In this document: positions 14,653 to 21,393 of the stretch, piece by piece | How positions within the stretch are numbered: position 1 is the stretch's first letter | Layout: each line of letters opens with the position of its first letter | Origin: Candidatus Scatosoma sp. | Lineage (GTDB): Bacteria > Bacillota > Clostridia > Christensenellales > Borkfalkiaceae | Length of the DNA: 33,187 bases | Direction: 5' to 3' | Assembly (NCBI GenBank): GCA_045542815.1 | Contig: JAZQLT010000162.1 | Span: 1 to 33,187, forward strand | The notes under the pieces: generated by a model | What the model was told of the DNA's origin: nothing | Seen by the model: the letters and a program-made list of their open reading frames with translations, nothing else | The model's database searches: none | Translations under genes and position numbers: made by a program

Positions 14653-14679
14653 GTTTAAAATACCGCGTGCGCGTGGTAT
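14653..14679 (+). promoter_or_regulatory. Candidate SigB/SigF-type (group 3 sigma) autoregulatory promoter
   Basis: GTTTAA at 14653-14658, a 15-nt spacer, then TGGTAT at 14674-14679. The B. subtilis SigB consensus is GTTTAA-N12-15-GGGTAT. It lies about 40 nt upstream of the STAS gene. Confidence 0.4.
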
Positions 14680-14716
14680 ATATAAAATAGGTATATCTAT
14701 AAAATGGAGACGTTGT

Positions 14717-15025
14717 ATGGAAGAAGTAAAATTTATCGGTTTACAAGAAAACGCGTTGAAATTCGCTCTTTCGGGAGATATCGATCTTAGCAACGCGGAA
14801 GCGTTCTATGCGGAAGTGGCAAAAGAATATGCCGCTGCGCCCGCTAAGATTTTGTTCGACTGCACGGAGCTGAATTTTATCGACAGCACGACGCTCGGTA
14901 CGTTTGTTAAGCTTTTTAAGGAAGCGCAAAAGGACGGGCACGGGGTAAAGCTTGTGAATTTGCAACCCAAAATCAAGAAGCTGTTTTTGATTTGTTCGCT
15001 TGACCAAATCATGGAGATTTGCTAA
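14717..15025 (+). CDS. STAS-domain anti-sigma-factor antagonist (SpoIIAA/RsbV-like)
   Basis: 102 aa. ...LFDCTELNFIDSTTLGTFVKL... carries the conserved phosphorylatable Ser context. GGAGA serves as RBS. Confidence 0.88.
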   Translation: MEEVKFIGLQENALKFALSGDIDLSNAEAFYAEVAKEYAAAPAKILFDCTELNFIDSTTLGTFVKLFKEAQKDGHGVKLVNLQPKIKKLFLICSLDQIMEIC

Positions 15026-15026
15026 G

Positions 15027-15383
15027 ATGAATACGTTTTCCGTAAAACTGCCCCTGACGGGGGAATATTTAACAACGGTGCGCTTGACGACGGGCGGGCT
15101 GTGTGCTTTGGCGGGCTTTGACGTAGATCTTGCGGAAGATTTTAAAGTCTGCGTTACCGAAAGTCTTTTGATTTTAAAGAGAAACGGTTATGCGCGCGCT
15201 ACGATCGATTTTACCGTAGGCGAAGCGCTCGGTTGTGCAATCTATGGGCAGGAACCTGTTTTAGCAAAGGAAAATAGCGCGGAAGATGAAATTTCGCGCG
15301 CGTTGCTCTCCGCTTTGCTCGGCGAAGTGGCGTTTGAAAGAAATGACAAGGGCGAATTGATTGCAATCCGCTTTGAAGGGTAA
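15027..15383 (+). CDS. SpoIIAB/RsbW-like anti-sigma factor lacking recognisable ATP-binding boxes (pseudo-kinase)
   Basis: 118 aa from ATG 15027, 1 nt after the STAS stop. The N-terminal half aligns in pattern to SpoIIAB (EYLTTVRLTTGGL...DLAEDFKVCVTESL), but no N-box Asn/His, DxGxG or GxGxG motif is seen. Confidence 0.65.
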   Translation: MNTFSVKLPLTGEYLTTVRLTTGGLCALAGFDVDLAEDFKVCVTESLLILKRNGYARATIDFTVGEALGCAIYGQEPVLAKENSAEDEISRALLSALLGEVAFERNDKGELIAIRFEG

Positions 15384-15386
15384 GAC

Positions 15387-16103
15387 ATGGAAGACGCGCT
15401 GTTTCGGCAGTACAAAGAGACGGGCGATATTCGTATTCGTAACGAAATTGCCGAGAAGTATCTCTACATAGCCGATATTCTCGCCAAGAAATTCGTGGGG
15501 CGGGGAGTGGAGTACGACGACTTGAAACAAGTCGCCGCGCTTGCGCTTTTGCGCGGAATTGACCGTTTTGATCCTGATCTTGGCATGCAGTTTACCACCT
15601 TTATCACGCCCACGATCACGGGCGAAATCAAAAATTATTTCCGAGACAAATCCCGCGTGATTAAGCTTCCCAGAAGGCTGAGTGAGATTGGCGCGGCGGT
15701 ACGGAATTTTTCCGCGAAATATGAAGCGGAGCAGGGAAACAAGCCCAGCGTGCAAACGATTGCGGACGGATTAAAGCTCTCCGAAGAAGAAGTGGTACGG
15801 GCGCTGGAAGTGAGTGGTACGCTTTCTCTGGACGGGATCCCAAGCGACGGGGAAGACGACGGAAAATCGCTGTACGGCTTGCTTACCGACGGCGAAGATA
15901 AGTATGAAGATTTTGAGACAAAGGAAACCTTGCGTGCGGCGATGCAGGAATTTTCGGATACCGAAAAGGCATTGATTAAATACCGTTATGTGGACGAGCT
16001 TTCTCAAAGCGAGACGGCAAAACGGCTCGGGGTGTCGCAGATGTTCGTGTCGCGTATGGAGCGTAGGCTGTTATCCAAGCTCAAACAAAATCTGGAAGGG
16101 TAG
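15387..16103 (+). CDS. Group 3 sigma-70 family sigma factor (SigB/SigF/SigG type)
   Basis: 238 aa. Region 2 is YDDLKQVAALALLRGIDRFDPDLGMQFTTFITPTITGEIKNYFRD and region 4 is LSQSETAKRLGVSQMFVSRMERRLLSKLK. Confidence 0.92.
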   Translation: MEDALFRQYKETGDIRIRNEIAEKYLYIADILAKKFVGRGVEYDDLKQVAALALLRGIDRFDPDLGMQFTTFITPTITGEIKNYFRDKSRVIKLPRRLSEIGAAVRNFSAKYEAEQGNKPSVQTIADGLKLSEEEVVRALEVSGTLSLDGIPSDGEDDGKSLYGLLTDGEDKYEDFETKETLRAAMQEFSDTEKALIKYRYVDELSQSETAKRLGVSQMFVSRMERRLLSKLKQNLEG

Positions 16104-16376
16104 CCGCTCAAGACCGAATGGAACCAGGTTTTGCACGGCTGATTTTGTCTAATACTGCGTTGAGCTTCTTGACAATACGCGGGTATTGCCTACAAAGCTC
16201 GCCTTGTCTAATCCAAAATCCGCACGTGAAAAACTGCTCGCATCTCAAAGCAAGGATTTTTCGATAGATTTTGGGAAAGGCGGGCGCAGTTGTATCGACA
16301 TACTACAAGAACGCATTTACCGGAAGATACGGAAAAGACTGCTTTGAGACTGGTTCCATTCGGTCTTGAGCGGCTA
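16101..16376. repeat. 276-bp element with perfect 27-bp terminal inverted repeats around a 222-bp structured core (MITE-like insertion or invertible segment)
   Basis: TAGCCGCTCAAGACCGAATGGAACCAG at 16101-16127 is the exact reverse complement of 16350-16376. The outermost dinucleotide on each side is TA. The inner arms TCTCAAAGCA (16243-16252) and TGCTTTGAGA (16340-16349) also pair. Confidence 0.75.
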
Positions 16377-16388
16377 AGGGAGCAGAAC

Positions 16389-16751
16389 ATGTTTTTTAAA
16401 GTAAAAGATTACGCCGCTTTACAAAGTGCCTTGGACGAGTTGAGTCAGTTCCTTGCAAAGCGGGATATCTCCCAAGAACAGATATTCGACAGCAAGCTGG
16501 TGGCTTGCGAATTGCTGGGCAACGCGCTGAAATACGCGCAGGGCGAGACGGCGCTTGAAGGGGCTATTAGGGACGGATTTATCGAGCTGAAAATTTTATC
16601 CGAAAGCTTTTTTGCTTTACCGAAGAAGATTGTTTGTGCCGATTTGTTTTCCGAGCACGGCAGGGGATTATTCCTTGTCAATCAAATCTGTGAAGAGCAG
16701 ATTGCGGCGGAAGAAGACGGCATACGCGTACGCATTAGAATAGAAAAATAA
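16389..16751 (+). CDS. Small HATPase_c_2-like protein (RsbW/SpoIIAB-type anti-sigma kinase-like, truncated architecture)
   Basis: 120 aa from ATG 16389 with AAGGGAG as RBS. It has an N-box-like ELLGNALKYA and a GRGLFLV motif. The track start at 16290 would read through the inverted repeat. Confidence 0.75.
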   Translation: MFFKVKDYAALQSALDELSQFLAKRDISQEQIFDSKLVACELLGNALKYAQGETALEGAIRDGFIELKILSESFFALPKKIVCADLFSEHGRGLFLVNQICEEQIAAEEDGIRVRIRIEK

Positions 16752-16761
16752 CAGGACAGAC

Positions 16762-16795
16762 GTAGCGTGATACTCCAAGCAGAGTATCACGCTAC
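16762..16795. repeat. Perfect 14-bp stem hairpin (GTAG...CTAC) with no U-tract
   Basis: GTAGCGTGATACTC, loop CAAGCA, GAGTATCACGCTAC. It begins 11 nt after the stop of the 16389-16751 gene. Confidence 0.6.
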
Positions 16796-16813
16796 AACTA
16801 TGATTGCCCCTGT

Positions 16814-16833
16814 GGGCAAGTTATGCGTTATGA
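16814..16833 (+). repeat. Degenerate motif copy: GGGCAAGTTATGCGTTATGA
   Basis: Aligns to GGGCAGGT-ATGCGTT--GA with one substitution and two small insertions. It lies in the fourth convergent junction. Confidence 0.35.
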
Positions 16834-16969
16834 TATGCTCCGCATAGTTATGGTTGGCTTTGCCAAGTTACAGGCTGGTAGGGCATTCATATTATAACAT
16901 TTGCGTAGCAGATTCATAACGGCAAGCGTTAGCGAGCCTTATAACGCTAAACTAAAAACCAACAGAAAA

Positions 16970-17008
16970 AGAGAGAATATTTCGGATAGGAACCGATTTA
17001 TTCTCTCT
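16970..17008 (+). terminator. Terminator-like hairpin in an otherwise gene-free region
   Basis: AGAGAGAATA (16970-16979) pairs with TATTCTCTCT (16999-17008). The 19-nt loop has an inner TCGG/CCGA stem. An A-run lies 5' and TTCT lies 3'. Confidence 0.35.
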
Positions 17009-17028
17009 TTCTGTGTATAGACGATTTA

Positions 17029-17073
17029 AACCGAGGGGAAGCAGGTTTATGGCTGATTTTGTTTCATACTGCG
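17029..17073 (+). repeat. Diverged partial copy of the left end of the 16101-16376 element
   Basis: AACCGAGGGGAAGCAGGTTTATGGCTGATTTTGTTTCATACTGCG aligns with 16112-16159, GACCGAATGGAACCAGGTTTTGCACGGCTGATTTTGTCTAATACTGCG. About 37 of 48 positions are shared, including an exact GGCTGATTTTGT. Confidence 0.55.
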
Positions 17074-17120
17074 AAAATTCTCGGTAAACCGTCCGTCTGC
17101 TTTGTTAGTACATATTTATA

Positions 17121-17156
17121 GAAAAACAAAAAACAGCCGACGCAAAGGTCGGCTGT
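17121..17156 (-). terminator. Intrinsic terminator of the 17181-18509 gene
   Basis: The minus strand reads ACAGCCGAC, loop CTTTGC, GTCGGCTGT, followed by TTTTTGTTTTTC. Confidence 0.8.
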
Positions 17157-17180
17157 TTGTCATTCAAAAGATTCGAGCGA

Positions 17181-18509
17181 TTAAAGTTTAACCGAGAACT
17201 GATACATCTTACCAAGCAAACGGCTGGGGATGCGATCTCTGTACTGACCAAGGTAGATGAAGATCTTACGGAAGAATTCCTTATTGTCGCCGCCTACTTC
17301 GTAGTTGGGGATTTCGGGCATTTCGCCTTTAAACTTCAAGATGAAGATTTCGGTGAAGAGATTTCTTTCTTCCGTATCCAAGGTTGCGATGAACGGGTCA
17401 AAACTCTTGCAGTTGTAGAAATCGTAGCCAGCGGTGTTGACGTGGGGTTCGTGGGGAAGGAAGGAAGGATTTACTTCTTCTGCCAACAGAACGCCTGCAA
17501 CGGGACCGCCTTCGTATGCGTATGCTTCTGCATATTCTTCTACGTGGAAGCCTCTGGTAGCTTCTTCCTGCGTTTCTTCGATAACTGCTTCGATTTCTTT
17601 CTTGTGCGCTTTCTTAATCTGGATGATTACGAGAATGATCTGGATAAGAGCGATTGCCGCCGCGCAGATTGCGAAGATGATCTTAGCCGTATCCACTTTG
17701 TTTGCAACGTAGCAAGCAACGAGCGCAGCCAAGAGCGCGAGTATGTAGCGAACGAGATCGAACGCGCCATCCATTTTCTTGGACATACGTGCGCAAGAGA
17801 TTACAGCGTTAAGAGCAAGGAGTGCGATTACAACGACAGCCAAGGTCTTGCAAAGCTTGTCGCTGCCCTCAGCTACGAGCAACGTAGTTGCAACGAGGGG
17901 AAGTACTGCAAGCACAGCACAAGCTGCGGTGAGTACGAACTGGAACAAACGGAGCCAAGCTGCTTTGCCGTTCTTTACAAGGGAAAGGATGAAGGTGAGA
18001 ACAACCGCAACGCCTACGATAGCAATGCTGAGAAGATCGAATGCGGGATCAGCCTCCAACGATTTAGCAGCAACGAAATACATGAAGGTGTAAGCCACTG
18101 CGCCGAGTACAAGGAAGAAGAGAGCCGTAGCAACGCGACGGGGTGCGCTCTTCTTCGAGAAGATAGCGAACAGGGAAACGATCGCCGCAACCACAAGACC
18201 GAGTGCAAAGAGATACATGCCAACAGCGGACAGCGTAGCAGCGGTGCCTTCTGCATAGAGTGCGGGAAGAACGCCGAATACTTTTGCGTCGGACTTGAAG
18301 GCTTCGAGAACTGCCTTAAGAAGGGACATTTCTTCCACTTTGCCGCCTGCGGTGAATACGTTGTAGGGGACTACTGCCACTGCCACAGCGCATACGACCA
18401 AAAGAACAAAGGCAAGAATACGATAGCCTACGTACTTTTTCTTCTTAGCGGGTTGTTCCTGAGTGGGTGCTGCACCGTTAGGCGCAACATTCTTTTGCTT
18501 TTTGCTCAT
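17181..18509 (-). CDS. Hypothetical polytopic membrane protein (Lys-rich N-terminus, about 9-10 Ala/Val/Leu-rich TM helices, about 135-aa soluble C-terminal domain)
   Basis: MSKKQKNVAPNG...KKKKYVGYRILAFVLLVVCAVAVAVV... It has a CAGGAGA RBS, a consensus promoter and its own terminator. The 490-aa plus-strand ORF over the same DNA is the codon-mirrored shadow frame. Confidence 0.85.
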   Translation of the reverse strand: MSKKQKNVAPNGAAPTQEQPAKKKKYVGYRILAFVLLVVCAVAVAVVPYNVFTAGGKVEEMSLLKAVLEAFKSDAKVFGVLPALYAEGTAATLSAVGMYLFALGLVVAAIVSLFAIFSKKSAPRRVATALFFLVLGAVAYTFMYFVAAKSLEADPAFDLLSIAIVGVAVVLTFILSLVKNGKAAWLRLFQFVLTAACAVLAVLPLVATTLLVAEGSDKLCKTLAVVVIALLALNAVISCARMSKKMDGAFDLVRYILALLAALVACYVANKVDTAKIIFAICAAAIALIQIILVIIQIKKAHKKEIEAVIEETQEEATRGFHVEEYAEAYAYEGGPVAGVLLAEEVNPSFLPHEPHVNTAGYDFYNCKSFDPFIATLDTEERNLFTEIFILKFKGEMPEIPNYEVGGDNKEFFRKIFIYLGQYRDRIPSRLLGKMYQFSVKL

Positions 18510-18608
18510 AACAAATCTCCTGAAAATTATTTTGAATTTCTTTTCCCGAAAGCTTGGATTTTACGAAGAGAAGCCAAACTCCCGAAATTAAACTATTCAT
18601 TTTACAGT

Positions 18609-18637
18609 ATTATAACACTTTTAAAATAAGATGTCAA
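18609..18637 (-). promoter_or_regulatory. Consensus sigma-70 promoter (extended -10) for the membrane protein gene
   Basis: The minus strand reads TTGACA (18637-18632), a 17-nt spacer ending in TGT, then TATAAT (18614-18609). Confidence 0.6.
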
Positions 18638-18760
18638 TACTTAACGGTTAAGAATTTTGAAAAAATCCGTAAAATTTCACACTTTTTTTCGCCTTTTATT
18701 TATAAATAAAATTTTCTTTTGCCGATAGGGTGAAGGAAGTGTAAAATTTTGCAAAATCCC

Positions 18761-18789
18761 TTGAATTTTTTTTCTGTTTGCTGTATAAT
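18761..18789 (+). promoter_or_regulatory. Sigma-70 promoter for the PucR-type regulator / S41 peptidase pair
   Basis: TTGAAT 18761-18766, 17-nt spacer, TATAAT 18784-18789. Confidence 0.5.
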
Positions 18790-18819
18790 AAAAGGGAGAC
18801 CATTTCAAGGAGACGGACT

Positions 18820-19833
18820 ATGTCGGAGCTCGAAAAAATCGAGAAAGCAATACGAGAGAAATTAGGCCTGAGATTTTCCTTTTATGCGGAAAACTCCCGT
18901 CCGAAGGACGTGCCTGCTTGCGAAAAAGCGTTCGAAGGGGTAACGGACGACGGACAGTACACCTATTTCCGTTTCTTGCATAAAGGTACGGCGTATATCG
19001 GCGTGCTGGAAGGCGCGGGCGCGGAAGAAAATAAGTACGCTCTTTTATTGCCTGCCTATATCGAAAGCTTTGCCGAGCGGGAAACCGAGCTTTCCAAAAC
19101 CGAACACTTAAAACGCATACTCTTGGGAGAAAGCTCTTCCATGGGCGTATATAAGTACGCCACCAAATACTCCGTTCGCGGTACGGCGTGTTTTGCAATC
19201 GCTTTGCATATCCCCAAGCATATGGATGAAGCGCTCGCCGTGCTGGAACAATACGGCGGGAACAGCCTGGATACCGCGCTTAAAATGAGCGAAGATACTT
19301 GCGTGCTCGTCAAATTCGTGGGCGACGGGGAAGAATATAATTCTTCCGTGGATTATGCGGAATTTTTGACGCAGTCCTTAAAAGAAGAGCTGGGGATCGA
19401 CGCACTGGCAGGGGTCGGGCCTACGGTAAAAGACGTGAAGGACGCGGCGATATCCTATATCGGCGCGGAGAATGCGCTCCGCTATGCGGACGTGTTCGAG
19501 CTGCAAGGCAGCGTGCACTCCTATCGGGAATTTTTGCTCGTAAAAATGCTGGAAGATATCCCTGAAAGCAAGCTGGCGGAGTATTTTTCCGAGCTTTCCA
19601 ACGAACAGTTTAAGGAAGTGTTCGACGACGAAGAAATGCTGAACACGGCGGAGAGCTTTTTACAAAGCAGCCTGAACGTGAGCGAAACGTCCCGAAACCT
19701 GTTCATGCACAGAAATACCCTTTTGTACCGTTTGGATAAAATCGAAAAGGCAACGGGTCTGAATATCCGCTCCTTCTCCGACGCGGTATCCTTCCGCGTT
19801 TTGACGATATTGCATAAGCTTTTGAAGAGATAA
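18820..19833 (+). CDS. PucR/CdaR-family transcriptional regulator (C-terminal HTH)
   Basis: The C-terminus is NVSETSRNLFMHRNTLLYRLDKIEKATGLNIRSFSDAVSFRV. ATG 18820 has AAGGAGA as RBS. The track start at 18778 lies upstream of the RBS. Confidence 0.8.
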   Translation: MSELEKIEKAIREKLGLRFSFYAENSRPKDVPACEKAFEGVTDDGQYTYFRFLHKGTAYIGVLEGAGAEENKYALLLPAYIESFAERETELSKTEHLKRILLGESSSMGVYKYATKYSVRGTACFAIALHIPKHMDEALAVLEQYGGNSLDTALKMSEDTCVLVKFVGDGEEYNSSVDYAEFLTQSLKEELGIDALAGVGPTVKDVKDAAISYIGAENALRYADVFELQGSVHSYREFLLVKMLEDIPESKLAEYFSELSNEQFKEVFDDEEMLNTAESFLQSSLNVSETSRNLFMHRNTLLYRLDKIEKATGLNIRSFSDAVSFRVLTILHKLLKR

Positions 19834-19853
19834 CAAGGAGAAAGACGAAAGCT

Positions 19854-21188
19854 ATGAAAAACAGACAAAATACACCGTTAAACTCGACCATGCCCCCCGC
19901 AAACACGAAAAAAACGCGTACGCTTTGGCGGGTGCTTGCCGTGATACTGGGTGCGGTGGTATTCTTTGCGGCGGGTGCGGCGACGGTGTGGTTTACACTC
20001 GATAGTGAGCTTCGCACGCTGATCAAAGTCAAATCCGCGATCGACGAACAGTATTATAAGGAAATCGACGACGATACGTTCTACGGCGCGATCTTTAAGG
20101 CGATCAACGAAGACGTACTCGACCCCTATTCCTGCTATATGACCGCGGACGAATACACGGCGTCGAGCGGGGAGCTGGCGGGTAACCGCAGCGGGCTTGG
20201 GCTCGTGTTCTTGACGAAAGACGCCGAAGGGAAAGACGTGATGAAGATCACGCGCGTATGCGGCAATTCTCCCGCGGAGGAAGCGGGGATTGAAGCGGGC
20301 AGCTATCTCGTCGGCTTTGGCAAAACGCAGGAAAATATGACGGCAAGCGAGCGTTTTCAAGACTTTTCCGATTTTTTAAGCGGGTTTGAAGCAGGGGAAG
20401 AATTCTTCCTGCGCATTCGTACGGGAGAGAACGAGCGCACGCTTAAACTTTCCAAGGAAGAATACGTGGAAAATTACGTTTTCTATCGCACGAACGAGAA
20501 GGCATACGGCTTTGTCGGGGGGGACGCCACCCACCTTGTCGAGCGCGGTCAGCCGCTTACCTGTTTGGACGGCGATACGGCGTATATTCGCTTGGTGCAG
20601 TTCGGCGGAGAAGCCGCAAACGCATTCAAGCAGGTGATGCTGCTCTTTAAAGAAGAAGGGAAAAGCAATCTCGTGCTCGATCTTCGCGGAAACGGGGGCG
20701 GATATTTGGATATCATGCAGGATATCGCGGGATATTTTTGTAAAACTACGGACGAGTCCAAGCCCGTCGTGGCGGTGGCGGACTACGGAGAAAGAAAAGA
20801 AGAGTTCCGCGCAAAGCGCAACGTCTTCGACGAGTATTTTTCCCAAAACAGCCGTATCTGCGTGCTTGCGGACAGCTCTTCGGCGTCCGCGTCCGAGTGC
20901 TTGCTTGGGAGTATGCTCGACTACGGTGCGATCGGATACGGGGATATCTGTCTTTCGGAACGCAGCGGCGTTGCCAAGACCTATGGAAAGGGTATCATGC
21001 AGACGACCTATTATCTGAGCGTGCAAATGGACGCGATCAAGCTTACGACGGCGGAAATCCGCTGGCCCGTCAGCAATACGAGTATTCACGGTAGAGGGAT
21101 TTTGCCCCAAGACGGCACGAAAACGGTGGAAGAATGCGATACGGACGAAGAGGAGATTTGTCAAGCGATTGCGCAGCTTTTTAGGTAA
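19854..21188 (+). CDS. S41 family C-terminal processing peptidase, membrane anchored, with PDZ-like segment
   Basis: N-terminal TM WRVLAVILGAVVFFAAGAATVWF. Also LVLDLRGNGGGYLD, VLADSSSASASECL and KTYGKGIMQT (Ser/Lys dyad context). Confidence 0.88.
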   Translation: MKNRQNTPLNSTMPPANTKKTRTLWRVLAVILGAVVFFAAGAATVWFTLDSELRTLIKVKSAIDEQYYKEIDDDTFYGAIFKAINEDVLDPYSCYMTADEYTASSGELAGNRSGLGLVFLTKDAEGKDVMKITRVCGNSPAEEAGIEAGSYLVGFGKTQENMTASERFQDFSDFLSGFEAGEEFFLRIRTGENERTLKLSKEEYVENYVFYRTNEKAYGFVGGDATHLVERGQPLTCLDGDTAYIRLVQFGGEAANAFKQVMLLFKEEGKSNLVLDLRGNGGGYLDIMQDIAGYFCKTTDESKPVVAVADYGERKEEFRAKRNVFDEYFSQNSRICVLADSSSASASECLLGSMLDYGAIGYGDICLSERSGVAKTYGKGIMQTTYYLSVQMDAIKLTTAEIRWPVSNTSIHGRGILPQDGTKTVEECDTDEEEICQAIAQLFR

Positions 21189-21195
21189 AGAAATA

Positions 21196-21212
21196 GGGCA
21201 TGTACGAGATGA
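21196..21212 (+). repeat. Motif copy d: GGGCATGTACGAGATGA
   Basis: Direct reading. It lies 8 nt after the S41 stop and 6 nt before the terminator stem. Confidence 0.6.
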
Positions 21213-21218
21213 AATATG

Positions 21219-21252
21219 GAAACGCGCACCTTTTGGGTGCGCGTTTCTTGGG
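21219..21252 (+). terminator. Intrinsic terminator after the S41 peptidase gene
   Basis: GAAACGCGCACC, loop TTTTG, GGTGCGCGTTTC, followed by TTGGGTATT (weak U-tail). Confidence 0.65.
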
Positions 21253-21339
21253 TATTATGGAGGTTACGTACTTTTAGTAAGTACAGGAATAGTGTAACGC
21301 TCTTTTGCGTAAATTGCATTGTGAAAAAGTGAAAATTTG

Positions 21340-21379
21340 CTGAAAAATAAAGCAGCCCGCAGAATTTTCTGCGGGCTGC
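21340..21379 (-). terminator. Intrinsic terminator of tkt
   Basis: GCAGCCCGCAG/CTGCGGGCTGC, an 11-bp stem. On the minus strand it is followed by TTTATTTTTCA. Confidence 0.8.
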
Positions 21380-21393
21380 CTTTCACGTTTGGT

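Noticed and set aside
16169-16197. TTGACA-16-TACAAA inside the inverted-repeat element, considered as a confident promoter feature.
   Set aside because: The -10 is weak. The hexamers also sit within a nested hairpin (GAGCTT...CAATAC GCGG GTATTG...AAGCTC), so they may be structural rather than promoter elements. It is kept only as part of the inverton hypothesis.
17157-18629. 490-aa plus-strand ORF competing with the 442-aa minus-strand ORF.
   Set aside because: The minus-strand product is a coherent polytopic membrane protein with RBS, consensus promoter and terminator. The plus-strand product is Cys/Phe-rich nonsense in the mirrored frame, and it begins inside the terminator.
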